DNA of 64,000 bases from contig CP075497.1 in assembly GCA_021613535.1 (NCBI GenBank), positions 5,208,001-5,272,000 on the forward strand, in the 5' to 3' direction. Of this stretch, positions 48,688 through 62,205 are shown piece after piece. A program made the translations under genes and the position numbers. Source of the stretch: Adineta vaga. Lineage: Eukaryota > Animalia > Rotifera. The notes under the pieces are model-generated. The model was given only the letters and a program-made list of their open reading frames with translations. It did no database searches and was not told the DNA's origin. Numbering within the stretch: the stretch's first letter is position 1; every line of letters begins with the position of its first letter.

Positions 48688-51127
48688 ATGATGATGACGA
48701 TGATGATCATTGAAGACGAGTACAACAAATCAAAGGAAGAAGACGAAGAAGAAGAAGATTCAGGAATGAATAGTGACAATAGTTTAACTGTGAAAGAAGA
48801 TGAAATTAATGATTTATCCATAACAAATAATAATCATCGAACAAATAATGAATCATCCAAATCTGTCAATCGAAGAAAACAAATTAAACCCAATCGGTAA
48901 AATTGGTTTCAATGATTAAAAATTAAATAAAACAATTTGTAATCATTTTAGTGTTACCAATGACGATGATATTCCTCCTTCATCACAAGAATTACTAATA
49001 GATGAAACAACTGGTAAGATAATTTTTATTCTTTATTTTATAAAACTAATTTTACAATGAAATAGAGTTAACCAATGATAATCAATCATCACCAAAAGAA
49101 GATCTTGCAAATAATGATAACAATACCAATCAACATTCTCGACAACAACAACAAGAAGCTTATTGTAATTTATGTGAACGTTCATTTTGTAATAAATATT
49201 TTCTTAAAACACATTTTGCTAAAAAACATGGTGGGTTAAGCATGATTTCTCCATTATCATTAACAGAAATGAACGATAATGTTAATGGATCATTGTCTCC
49301 ATCATCATCATTACCTTTATCAAATCAACAAGCCATATCTTTAATTACAAATCAGCAATCATCAATTGTTAACCCTATAAAATCGAATGAAAAAACGAGT
49401 GAAGATTATTGCGAGGTTTGTTTGATCAAATAGAAAATTTGGAGAACACAAAACTTAGATCTTTTTATTCTATCTATTTAGATTTGCCAGAAACATTTTT
49501 GTAATAAATATTATCTTCGTGTAAGTTTATTATTATTATTATCATCAATAGATTGTGTATTTGTTGAGATTACATTTTTTGTTCTTCTTTATCTAAGGCG
49601 AGTTGGTGTGTGTGTGTGTGTGTGTTTTTCTTTTCTCTCTAGTCGATGTTCTAATATCAATATTGAAAAGAGACATTGTGCTTAATAGTTGAATGTATGT
49701 GGACATATTGAAAAAGAGACGAGCTTATCTGACTTTTAATAAGCTTATTTAGTCAGAAGCGCAAACGAATGAATTTCAGTTCACATACAAATGTTTATTG
49801 AAAAGAGAGAAAATAAACAATTCGTTAGTAATGAGTATAATTGCTAGAAAGAAAGAAAGAGAGAAAGAAAGAAAACGAGGTCGAACGAATTACTTGTTAA
49901 TTTTATATAATATTTTTTTATAGAAACATAAAGGTGAATGTCATGGTGTTTATACAGATTATATTAAATCATTACAAAAAAGTACAAATGAAAGTCCAAT
50001 TAAAACAACTTCTAATCGACCATCACCATCTATTCAAAGTAAAGAATTTCAAATTGATTTAATTTCGTATTAATGTTCTTTTATGCAATTAGTTCCATCG
50101 AATCCTTCGAATACACTTCTATTAAATCCATTCTATCCTGGCCCATCGGATATTAAAAGTCTTTTTCCTATTCCATCATCACCAAATCTCACAATGAAAT
50201 CATCAACATCACCGACTCTTTCATTACAACGACCAATTCGTCGTTGTAATATTTGTGACCAAGAATTTCGTAATAAATCACTTTTTCGTATGCATATGAA
50301 TACATTTCATCCTAATGAAAAAAACAAAAAACCTGTATTAACAACTCCTCCAATGATATCATCAACAAATCTCGGATTTTTACCATCATTTGTCGATACT
50401 AGTAGTCAACTTGCACAAAAACTTGCTACTGGTCAAACACCACAAACATCCTATGGAATTATTAATGATTCGTATTTCACAGCGAAAATGGCAGATCGAG
50501 TTGTTTGTGAAATATGTAATAAACAAGTTTGTAATAAATATTTTCTCAAAACTCATAAAGGTAAGATGCGAAATAAAAACAAACTATTCAAAACTTTTGA
50601 TTTTAGCAAAAGTTCATGGTATAACAACAAATGAATCAAGTGAACAGATGAATGAAAATCTCGATAATTCAGATAATTATTGTTCATTATGTAAAAAGGA
50701 TTTTTCAACAAAATATTTATATCTTTTTCATATGCAAACTATACATAATGATACATCAGATCCAGCATATCAAACATTGATTCAGTTTATGAAAACAGCT
50801 GCAGCACTGAATGAAAATGCCAATCCATTTCTATCATTAGCCAATACGGAACAGTTAGATGATGAAGCTGATAGTAATATTGATACACTCAAACGTAAAC
50901 GAACTTCAAGTCAATCATCAACAGAAAATAATTTATCAACAAAACGTTTAATGTCTCCAACAGAATCCAATGCTGGTCTACAACCATTTCTAATCGAAAG
51001 TGAAGATCCGAAATTTTCGCATACATTTGTGCCATGTATGGTCTACTTACCTGTTATACGACGAGTGACAAAACAAGTGAAAATTAATTTAAGATTAAAA
51101 CCTGTAATAGCTGATACTTCTTCGTGA
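48688..51127 (+). CDS. C2H2 zinc-finger transcription factor with five dispersed fingers, multi-exon
   Basis: YCNLCERSFCNKYFLKTHFAKKH, YCEICQKHFCNKYYLRKHKGECH, CNICDQEFRNKSLFRMHMNTFH, CEICNKQVCNKYFLKTHKAKVH, YCSLCKKDFSTKYLYLFHMQTIH. About 2.6 kb of non-coding sequence lies upstream. Confidence 0.88.
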
Positions 51128-51622
51128 CATTTTGTTTCCTTTGAAATGAATCTGTTATTTCGAACAAAAAAACCTTGTTATGACAAGATAGATACTCCTA
51201 TGCGCGTGTGTGTGTGTGTGTGTAGTTGCTGTTTGTTTTGGAAAATTTGTTTGACTCTCTTTCTTTTCTTTTTTTGTATCAAAATGTAAAAGTTTATACG
51301 AATGTTTAACTGCATCCGCATTATATTAATTTAGATAAATAGTCACTGAATCCTTGAAAATTTTCAAGACTTTCATTGGTCTATAACGACAATAATAAAA
51401 ATTCTTCCTTTTTTTTATAACTTATCGTTAACGAAGATCAAATCTGTCATTACTGATAAGATCAAACAATTCTTATTAACAGAAATACAGAACTATCGAT
51501 TGTTTACGAGAATAGTATTCGGTAAATGATTAATGTTTCCTTCTGTATTATAGTAATTTCTTCTTCGGTACTGTCGAGAAACAAAAATTGATTGAATTAG
51601 AAAAAGTTTCAACATCAATTAA

Positions 51623-52916
51623 GAGTAAAAGTGTCTGAGAAACCGAGATATTGGTGATAGTGACACATCTCAGATTTTTACGTCTAGATGTGAATTTTAA
51701 CAAAAACCATAGTCGGTATAGGGCACCTCATATCTAATACCAATATTTTCCTAATATTCTCTTCTATGAGATTCGTTGATAGATCAATAATCCAGTATAA
51801 AAGTTTTTTAATGCATACGAAAGTGTTACCTGTAATTGATGAAATCTACTATTTCAAAAACCAAACATTTGATGTACTTTCCAGATTTATTTTATTTCTT
51901 TATCTTTCTTCTAAACACTCTTTAAGTTTGTTAAAATTCATATGCATTGGGTTGCTAAATGTTGATATATGATATTTCTCATTCTATATTATAACTCTTT
52001 TTCGAGTATATCATATTATAAAAACCGATATTTTATTCTCCTCTCTGTGCTATTTTAACTGAATGAGTTATGGATGAGATTTAATCATCTTGTGTTGTTG
52101 CTGGCGTACTAGCAACAAACAATGAGTGTTGACGCGCGGAAACGGTGACTTTTCTAGAGCTTTAAGATCAGTTCCAGAAGTTTCCATTCGATCTGAATCA
52201 TCGTCTTGGGTGCAGTATTATGACATTTAACCAAATTCGAAGACTTGGTAAGTTCCATTCGATCCTTACAGTTATTGTTTAACCTAAAGCCATTAGCTAC
52301 AAACAATGTACCGATGTTGTATTTTAAGTAAACCGTCAGCACAGATGGAAGAAACGTATAACGTGCTAGGATTTGCTATTTCTGCTCTATCGTTATACAT
52401 GCGAAGAAAAGGAAATTCTCTATCGTTCTATCTCGTATATTTATATAACAACAGAAAGAACAAGTCATTCATAGTGTGCCACAAGTGTGATTCATATTTC
52501 TTCCATTTCTAATCGAAACTATATTGTTTACTTGATCAACAATAACGTCTTACAGCTTTCTATATCTTATACTATTAGAATTCTGCTATATTATGTTATG
52601 AGTCTAATACGAAGTTACTGGCATCTCAAAATCGAATTTTAACTATACTTGTTTGCTAAGATATCATCATATTTCAAAATACTGTTACTCTAAAGAGAAT
52701 AATTTTGAATTATAACTTATCAATGTATTTTTTTCTTGTGCGATGATACACAGTGTATACTAGTGGATACAGAAGAGCTTTGGAACCGTCTTAAATGAAA
52801 AGTATATACAGTCAAAAATGTATAATGAGTTATTGTTTCGACATTTCTACTGAATATAAACGATCGATCTCGATATACTTCAAACGTCAGTATCTGGTTT
52901 TCTCAGACATTTACTC
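51623..52916. mobile_element. Non-autonomous DNA transposon remnant (1294 bp) with TIRs and TTAA flanks, Kolobok-like termini
   Basis: Left end TTAA|GAGTAAAAGTGTCTGAGAAACCGAGATATTG; reverse complement of right end TTAA|GAGTAAATGTCTGAGAAAACCAGATACTG. No transposase ORF. Confidence 0.65.
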
Positions 52917-53155
52917 TTAAAGATCAATACAAGTTATAAAGAAATAATAAGATATCTTCTATCTGTTGAAAAGAAAGAAGTTTAAATATGATTATCGTAA
53001 TGCATAATTATATTATAATATGTATGTTATCTATCGAAACAATTATATGAATTATTGATATTGAAGAGAATATTATCTACGCTAATTCTCATTGCAATCT
53101 ATACTATAATTTTTTATTAAAATAAAATTGAAATTATAGAAAAGAATAGACTAAA

Positions 53156-54426
53156 TTAAGCATTAACGCGTACTGGCACATCATGTTCAATTACAGTAGA
53201 TTTTCTTTTTCGTCTTCTTCGTCGATGAATTTTATCTGATAAGACTGGTGCAAATAATTTTGGTCCTCGTCCTTTTCCTGTGTATATATCCATATTAACT
53301 GGTTCAAATTCTTCAAATGATGTCATATCAAAATTCACTTTTCCGTCACTTAATACAAAACTTGTTTGTTTAAAACGAAAACCCCAAAGAATTTCTCGTG
53401 GTTTGTAACTTGTTCGATATTGACATGCATCACCTGTTGATTCCATTGTACCTTCTATTAGAACAACAATTTCAAAAGCATCAGCACCATTTCCGTCGGA
53501 ATTATAAAGTTTCAATGGTGATATAGGATATAATGGTGATGATTGATCAATCTTATGTTCAATTACTAATGGACATATTAACATTAAATTTGTATTCGAT
53601 GGATGTACAGCCATATCGAAATTTTCAACTGGTATTACATCACCTGATCTTGTTGGTTGTAATTTATAATAAATCACTCGAATAGCAGGACGTGTTAATT
53701 GAGTAACAATATTACTTCCTGAAATCAGATGACAAATTTACTTAATATTGTATATATATATATATATATATGAATAATGTTTTACTGACCAACTTTAAAC
53801 ATAAAACATAATTGTCCATCACGTGGCGCAACTACAGCTCGCTCACTAAACGTGATAACTTTCATTCTTTGTTTTGGTCGAGCTAATTTATTAAAAACAA
53901 TACCACCCACATAAATTGTTATTAAAGCACCACAAGCAGATTGAATCATCAACAGAATTACTCCGGCTTTACATTCATCATTAACATGTCGATATCCATA
54001 ACCAATTGTATGCTGAGTTTCTAATGAAAAGAGAAAAAAAGCAAGAAAACTATTTCCAACATTAACAAGACATGGCCGATGATCAGTATTGGGACGAAGA
54101 TGATCCGGTCGAAAATCTCCATTATAGAATGCAATGACATACCAAATAAATGCAAATAATGTCCAACTGATGAGAAAAACAGCCATGATTAATGATAAAA
54201 CTGATATCCATTTAGCTGATATTAAATTTGAATACCAATCTGCACATGTCCGACTCCAGACAATTGGTCGATTTTGTATGAAAATATCTACACGACCGGA
54301 TTTGCAAACAAGCCTATCCGGTTCCCATAAACTTTTTGAATTGAAAAACGAAACCATTACTGACAGTTTGACTGACTGCCAGTGTATTTGATGATTACAT
54401 CCTTTACTTTCCTTTCTTTCTTTCAT
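53156..54426 (-). CDS. Inward-rectifier potassium channel (Kir); intron 53719-53789; start at 54426 or 54357
   Basis: FLISWTLFAFIWY, AFFLFSLETQHTIGYGYR, KLARPKQR, FSERAVV..RDG.LCFMF, HKIDQSSPLY, FEIVVLIEG, RTSYKPREILWGFRF. Confidence 0.95.
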
Positions 54427-54541
54427 TCACTTTCGCATGATAAATCATTCATGCATAAAAAAAAATCATGTGCTCGCTCACGTTGAGACTTATTTATTAT
54501 CACTTCATAAAAAGCAAAGGAAAATTATATGCATTGGCGTA

Positions 54542-55106
54542 TCACAGTCCTTGAAAATCGAGTTCATTATACATTTGTATAGCTGCGCAACAGGGAAAAA
54601 AGCACATGATAAATGCATCTCCACCAACTCCACCCTAAACAAAACAAACAAAAAACAAACAATAAAGAAAAACAATCATTCTTTTTCATACTCGAATTCG
54701 AAAACCTGTTCGAATTTTAGTTCTTAAACCAGTGTTTCCTATTGAAGAAAAAAGAAAAAGGAAAAGATCATAAATAAAATTTTGAATTTTATTCACTAAC
54801 CTCCGGGTAAACACCCAGTACATAGACATTCATTTGTACGTGAATGTAATCTACACATAAAACATGGAAAACACCAATGAGCATAGCAACCTAAATAGAT
54901 ATAAAATCTTTCGTATAATTTCATCATTTTTCTTCATCTTAACCATACAAGTTCCAACATCAGTACAACAACCACATACAGCTGTATTCCATTCATTTTC
55001 AAATGACCAAACATTTCCAGTTGGTTGTGTTTGTACTGTTCTATAAAAAAAGAATGTTAATAATCAGTTTATATTTTAAATAAGAATTAATTCTATCTTA
55101 CACCAT
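54542..55106 (-). CDS. PLAC8/cornifelin-like Cys-rich protein, 5 small exons (absent from the ORF track)
   Basis: Manual splice: MVTVQTQPTGNVWSFENEWNTAVCGCCTDVGTCCYAHWCFPCFMCRLHSRTNECLCTGCLPGGNTGLRTKIRTGFRIRGGVGGDAFIMCFFPCCAAIQMYNELDFQGL*, which fits the PLAC8 family pattern. Confidence 0.88.
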
Positions 55107-57374
55107 ATTGATGAGCAATTTCTTCGCAAAATTTTCAACTTAAATCAAGATGTAAAAAGGACTTTTAGTGTCTCAAATAGTTTCTGATTTCTGCACCTGT
55201 TGTTGTAGTTGTGAGACAGTGTATACAAACAGTGATTGCTGTTATAATGCCGGAGCGTAGGTGATTAAAAAATAAGAGAAAATAAAATTTGCTGCAATAA
55301 AGTAAAAGAATTTTAGAGATGAAGGAAAAAAAGAAGAAAAGAAAAGAAACGATTTTAAATGTATAAAAACAACAGAACTGTATGTTTATTTTGTCATCAG
55401 AAGAGCAACTGCTGTAACACCCTTCTTTGTTGTTTCGTTCGAAGGTGTTTTTGTCATGAAAAGAAATATGGAACAAAACATTCCTTTTCTTCTTGTTTAT
55501 TTTTTAATATTGAATATTAGATAAATAAATATGGCAAACATTAAAAAACAAAATCCGTGATATAGAGAATATAACATTTCAATGTACATCAAACATGATC
55601 AGTTGTTGTTTTTTTTTGAATGGCAATAAATCTTAATACTATCGTTTGTTTCTACATATATATTTTATTATATAACAAATTTAGATAGATTATATCACGT
55701 TTAGATCTCTTGTGAATAGTAAATGACAACATTGATGTTGATCGTTAGAATAAATATGAGACAAACAAGAAAATAATCATTCGTAGTATAGGAGATATTG
55801 AAATTTTCATTTTCATCAATCAATCCATTGTTTCTTATCTTGATGATTAATCAAAATGATTTAGTAAATATCAATCTATTGTTACTCTGGTCAATCGAAG
55901 GAATTAGCTTGTCTACTATTGTTTCAATCTTGATTAAAATAACTTGATGAAGACTCTTCGTCCTTTTCTTCTTTATACAAAGAAAGAAATGAACATGTTG
56001 AATTATCATGCAAGTGTACATCTCATTGTTTTTTCAATCTCACATTTTCATGATCATGAACAAGTGATAAGATGAGTTCATTTGTTCTTTTTATTTCGTT
56101 CTCTTTGTTAAAATGTACATTGAGTTGAGCTTTTACTTGATAGATATGTATATTCTTGTTGTGGTATTAAATGCGAAGGTGAATAATCTAGTACAGCACG
56201 ATAGTCGACAAAGGCCAAATGAAATTCTTTCATAGGATGAAACAAAAGAAGTTGTTTCGTAAACATTCGTTTTTCCTTTTCTTTTTTTTTTTTTTTTTCG
56301 TAAAAGGTGTCGAACTCAATTCGCAATACAATCATTATTATTCTACATTTATCAGTAGGATAATGGTCAGAACGAAAAGAAAATGATGTCCAGAGGGCAA
56401 AAGGATAGAAAGAAAGAAAAAGAAGAGAGAGTTCTAATCACTTCCAATAAACAAGGAAAAAAGAGAAGTCGTAAGTAAATAGCAAAGTAAAGAGAAAGTG
56501 TACATCATGTTCAATAGACAGGATACACTCGTTTATATGTGTATGTAGATCTAATTTTGAATACATTTACTAACGCGTACTTATATCTATTCATACAGAT
56601 AGATAGATTGATAGATGTATGAACAAAAAACATCTCAAGACATCACTTTCTGATTGATTTGATTTGATTACTAAACAAAACAATGCAAGTTATTCTTCTT
56701 CCAAGATCAGTTCTTCATACCAATCAATTTTGTCCTATCCCTGTAAGTACACAGATGTGTTTTGTCATCGATACATTATAGTAAAGTCGTATCTATATAT
56801 ATATATATACATATGTCATTACGTAGTATAAAACCATTTGACTTTCTTTTCGCTTGAGTTACGCTTATTCTATGATCGTTATATATACATTCATCTGATC
56901 ATTGTTCATATTATCTATCATGCATAGCAAAGCTTCATCGTCAGTAAGTACCTAATATTCAAAGATCGGTTAAAGTTTAACAAAGATAATTAGTATTTGT
57001 CTTCTTTTGTACTCATTTATAATGTAAATTGAACAGATCTGAACTACCAATTCTGTTTTTTTTTCTGCATAGAAACTACATGTTCGTAGTTAAATAGATA
57101 GATATATATATATGAGGCATAGAATGCAAAAAATGTTATTTGACTTCTTCTTCTTCTTCATTTTTTTTCTTATTTTATTCGAGTTTAAGTATATAGAGAT
57201 GTGAGTATTCTTCGCGTCAAATAAAGAAAAGAAAAAAAAAGACATTTGTTTGCCGAGGTTTTTTATCATCAGGTGACACGAATTTTTTTTACTTCATATA
57301 ATATATACCTTCGTACGTGTCCTCCAAAACGAAAATAATAGTGAAAAGGGAGAGAGAGAGAAAGTGAGGAAATA

Positions 57375-58252
57375 ATGGCAGATGATAGTGATGATGAACA
57401 GTTTGATCCTGTAAGTTGACTTTTAGAATTTTAAATAGAATGAAGTTCATTTGCCCTTTTTCCTTTCAGCGAACACTTCTAAATGACGGAGATGATCAAA
57501 AACTTCATTTATTTATTAAAGGTAAGATGAAAAATCTTATGATATGATGTCTATAGTTTTCTTTTCTAGCTGGCCGAGATGGTCGATCAAAAGGTGCTTG
57601 CCCATTTTGTCATGATGTATTCTTAAAATTATTAATTAAACGTGAAGCAGATAATGATTTTAGTTTTGATGTAATAACAATTAATTGTGCCAATCCACCA
57701 AAAGAATTTAAAGAAATATCGAAAAAATTACCAACACTTGTTCATGGTGATATTGTTTTAAGTGATGTCGATGATATTGAAGATTATCTTGATTCATCCT
57801 TTCCAAATTATAAATTATCTCATCGAGATCCTGAAGCATTTAAAATTCAATCAAATGTCTTTACACGTTTTACTTACTTAATTAAAGATGTAACAAATAA
57901 TCCTCAACCATTATTCGATGAATTAGAAAAAATCAATGCATTTCTTCAACGTCGTGGAACGAAATATATGTGTGGAAATGAAATAACAGGTTTAGATTGT
58001 TCACTATGGCCAAAATTACAACATATTCGTGTAGCAATTGATTATATTCTACGTTTACCAATTCCAACTGAATTGACAACTTTATGGAATTATCTTAATT
58101 CAGCTTATGAACTTGATGCTTTCGTTAAATCTTGTCCATCTGATCAAGAAATTGTTTTACATTGGATACGACGTGAAACATCATCGAAAGAGTATTTACA
58201 ATTAACAAAAGAAGAACCACGATTTTCTTTTGATATACCTCAACTAAATTAG
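57375..58252 (+). CDS. Chloride intracellular channel (CLIC, GST fold), 3 exons
   Basis: LHLFIKAGRDGRSKGACPFC, FDVITIN..NPPKEF, LPTL, YMCGNEITGLDCSLWPKLQHIRVA, LWNYLNSAYELDAFVKSCPSDQEI. Confidence 0.93.
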
Positions 58253-58668
58253 GTTCAAATTATGATTGATTTATCCTTTTGCTTTTCTTCAATTCTATCG
58301 TGTGTTTGTATTATGCGTGATTTTCGTTATTTTTTGCTTGTTCGAAAACAAAAAAGACTAGATAAGTGCCATGTTGGTCACGCTATTTTAATTTAGTCTT
58401 TGTGCAGTGCAATTATCGCTTTTTTGTATTTCGAAATAATAAAAAATATAATTTTAATCGAAAAATCTATGAACATAGTTCAATTGATTGTTTTATAAAA
58501 TTCGGAAATTTTATTTATGTCAATTATGGCTTCGAATCCATGGAAACAATCATATCTAATTAGTCGAAAGCAGAAAAAGCATGTTTTGATTAATTATTTT
58601 TCTCAAGCTGTATTTCTAACACATACACAGATATCAAAATAATTGTGTGATTAAGAACAACGATAAGA

Positions 58669-59480
58669 ATGACAACTTCAATCGATCTAAGCGTCGATGA
58701 GTTATTATTATTACAAGAGAATCAATATCAATTATCCAACTGTTATCTATCTACTAAAGTGAAACCAATTGGAGTAGGTGATAAAGAAAAAGAATAATCA
58801 AATTAAATGTCTTTCTTATTGATTCATTTAGTCTGAACGAAAGATTGGACAAATAGTAAATACTTCTGATCAATTTACATCTCAAATAAAACCATCTTTG
58901 ATACCAATCCAACAAGAATATGATAATAATTCATCAAATTCATTCGAAGTTTGTATATTCTTTCGACTAGAAGATACGATGAATTATATGTTTTTTACTA
59001 GCTACCAACATCTACAACAAATCATGATTATTTTCATCCATTCTCAGCTAAAACATCAATTGGTAATGAACTAAAAACAGTGCCATATCATTCTTTTTAC
59101 AACCGCTCATCGTCTCAGACACTTAATAACTATCTGTCTCAACAACAAATATCGTTACTTAATCAACAAAAAGTTCATACTACATTTGCCACTCGAATAC
59201 AAACAGGTTTGAAAGAAAAATTAAGTTTAGAAACATGAAAACTACTTTTGAGATTCTAGGAAATCCACTACCATCCTTTCGTGTTCCACAAATGTCAACA
59301 ACGAATCGATACTTTCCTCCGAATGGATCTCCACAAGCACGATCTGTACCGTCGGTCTTTACCACTCCATTTCAAGGTACTCGTGAACGTTTTCAAGTCA
59401 ATTCAATTGGTCGTCCAATTTTGCGTAATAATCATTATAATCATTTATTACAAGTACATGGTTTTAAAATTCGACGATAG
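58669..59480 (+). CDS. Uncharacterised low-complexity protein, 4 exons
   Basis: ATG 58669 (MTTSIDLSVDELLLLQENQ). Three short GT-AG introns keep the frame open into the ORF ending VHGFKIRR* at 59480. Confidence 0.6.
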
Positions 59481-59686
59481 ATATCTTTTCAATCTCATTC
59501 TTTCATGTAATCTATTCATCAATCAAAGACATATATCTTTTTTCTTTTGTTTTTCAAGTGATTTCTCTCGATGAAAAACCTCTTGTTATCTTTATTGTCG
59601 AAATCTTCTTTATAAATGTAGTCATCAAAAAAAAGAGAAGAAAAATATAGAATAAAACTTTGTTTAGACAATTTTAGAAGACGGAT

Positions 59687-62057
59687 CTAGGAAAGAAAAG
59701 GCGGAATTGAATCACATGCATGAGGATCATTTCCTCGAGCTGTTATAAAATCACATAAAAGTCCTCGACGACAATGATGATCACATTGATTACCGCTTGC
59801 ATATGATTTGGTATAAAATTGATATGCTAAACCCATCAATGGACCATCTAAATCGTTTTTCAATCTTTGAATAAGATCATTCCAATCATTAGGAAATAAA
59901 TTTTGCATTTCAAATGCATCACGAGCATCGTATTCATCAATAAAAATCGTTTTATTATACAGATTTGTTGCTGTTAAATTCATGATTACTGTACGATGAT
60001 CAAGTGTCCAGAATGAACTACCAGAATAATCACCATCAATTGAATAAATACGATAACCGGGATTTAAATACGAACTTGTTGTTAAAGATGGACCAGCATA
60101 TGCCTAGGAAATATGAAAAGTGTAACGCTTTCATTGATTTTTCAAGAAACGAACCATTGAAACGGGACGTTTTTGATCAATTTCATCATAGAACATTAAA
60201 AATTCATCAACATGTGTATGTCCATAGAACTGACCGGCAATCGTATTTTCATAACTATGAAAAGAATAATACTTTGAAATTCATCAGAATTATGTAGTTG
60301 ATGTCCTACCGATTCACAATTTTGTTAAAATTCCATGAAAATGCAGCGAGACATGAGCGGGGAGGATGATGTCCAATAATATGTACTTTCTCATCATGAT
60401 CTTCTGCATATTGTAACCATTGAATTAACTAAAGAAAACTTATTAACTATTTTCTATGTACTTTAAAGAAGAAAACATATATACCCATTGCAATTGTCCC
60501 AAAGGATCAGTTGCATTAATTAATAACCAGAAATTCTCTCTCGAACAATAATTCATATTCAATGATATCAATCGTAGACCTGGTCGAATCAATGTTGTGT
60601 AAAAACCACCACGTTCAATACTTGCACGTGTATCTTCTGGCAGACCAAGTTTTATCCAACTATCTGCTAATGCTTCATATAACCAAGAAATATTATCTGT
60701 TTTAATATTTGGTGTTGGATATAGATTGCATGGAGCTTGTTACAATTAATATTCAAGATACAATAGAAAGTAGAAGTAAATTTCTACCTGTTTCATGATT
60801 TCCAACTGCTGAATAGAATGTTTTATTAGGAAAGATAGATGCTAACAGGCGATTGATTGTATTAATGGCATAAAGTTGATCAGAACGTGATTGATTCCAA
60901 ACATTGTGAGCAGGTATATCACCAGTGTAATAAATAAAATCAAACTTTAAAAAAAAAGAACATAGAAACATTAAAAGTTTGATTTAGTAAGATAAATTAT
61001 AGTTACATTTTCTAATTCAGCTGCATATTTTAATATTGCTTCAGCTGTCCATAAAGGAATATCACAATTACGATAGTCACCCCTTGAAAATAGAGAATAT
61101 CACATGAATGTTTATATTATTATAGAATGAAGTCGTACCAGAAGCCGGCACCCGTATGACCAGGAGCTAAACGATTCTTTATAGAAACATATATTTGATT
61201 ATCGATACTTACCAGGTTGTCCTTGTCGACAGCACAGTGGTTGAGCACAATCTGCTTGAGATCCTGGTTTGTAAGCGAAATCAACATGCGTATCCGATAA
61301 ATGGAGAACATTTATTTTCGGAGAACCAGGCTAAAAGAATAGAACATCTTTCATCGAACATATGTTTAGAATCAAAAATACTAACTGTAGGTGGTTTCGG
61401 TGGCTGAGGTGTTGGTTTTGTTGTATTAGGAAATGTAACATTCCAGTTAACAATAGGAAAATATGGTGGTGCTGGACATTCAAATGCTAACGAACATAGT
61501 TCTTTATTTGTTAGTGGAGATAAAGCAAGTACTTCGATGACCGCATTCTAAATAGTTTGAAAATAATGATTAAATGAAAAGTATATAAAATGAAGATAAG
61601 AAGCAATTGACTTTATATTCATTTACAGCACCAAGACAAACATTTTGATCGAGTAATTTATATAATTTACAAAATTGAATTGCAACATTATCAATTAAAT
61701 CTGATCGATTGATTCGAATTAACAATCGCATCTAGAAATGTTTCTCAGTATGTATATAAAGTTATTCTGAGTAAAATAGTTTACCTCAGGTACAAGTAAA
61801 TCACAGGCTTCACATATGGCCGTACTATTTAGATTATTCAATGTCCAACGGAATTTTTTGAAATTCAATGATCTTTCAAATCGATGGCGATAATTTGCAA
61901 GAGTAACAAACAATTTTTGATCATTGTCAGCGAAGGGACTATCGACCGATCGTTTGGCACTATTTTCATGATGAATTGATCGCGTATCAATAGTTACGAA
62001 GTATATGATTGCAAGAACAAGTATATGAACTCGTAGAAATGTGAACACCATTATCAT
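59687..62057 (-). CDS. Acid sphingomyelinase (SMPD1-like), copy 1
   Basis: Signal peptide, saposin-B-like Cys pattern, Pro-rich linker, [61 protein letters not shown]. Confidence 0.93.
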
Positions 62058-62205
62058 ACAAAATAACTAAAATAAACAACGAAAAGATGTATATGTCTAT
62101 ATTCATTATAGTAAATAAAAAAACAAGATTTTATTATCATGAACATTCGAATAATCGATCAATTATTACATTTAAAAAAAAGGGAGAAATAATTATAGAA
62201 ATTCA

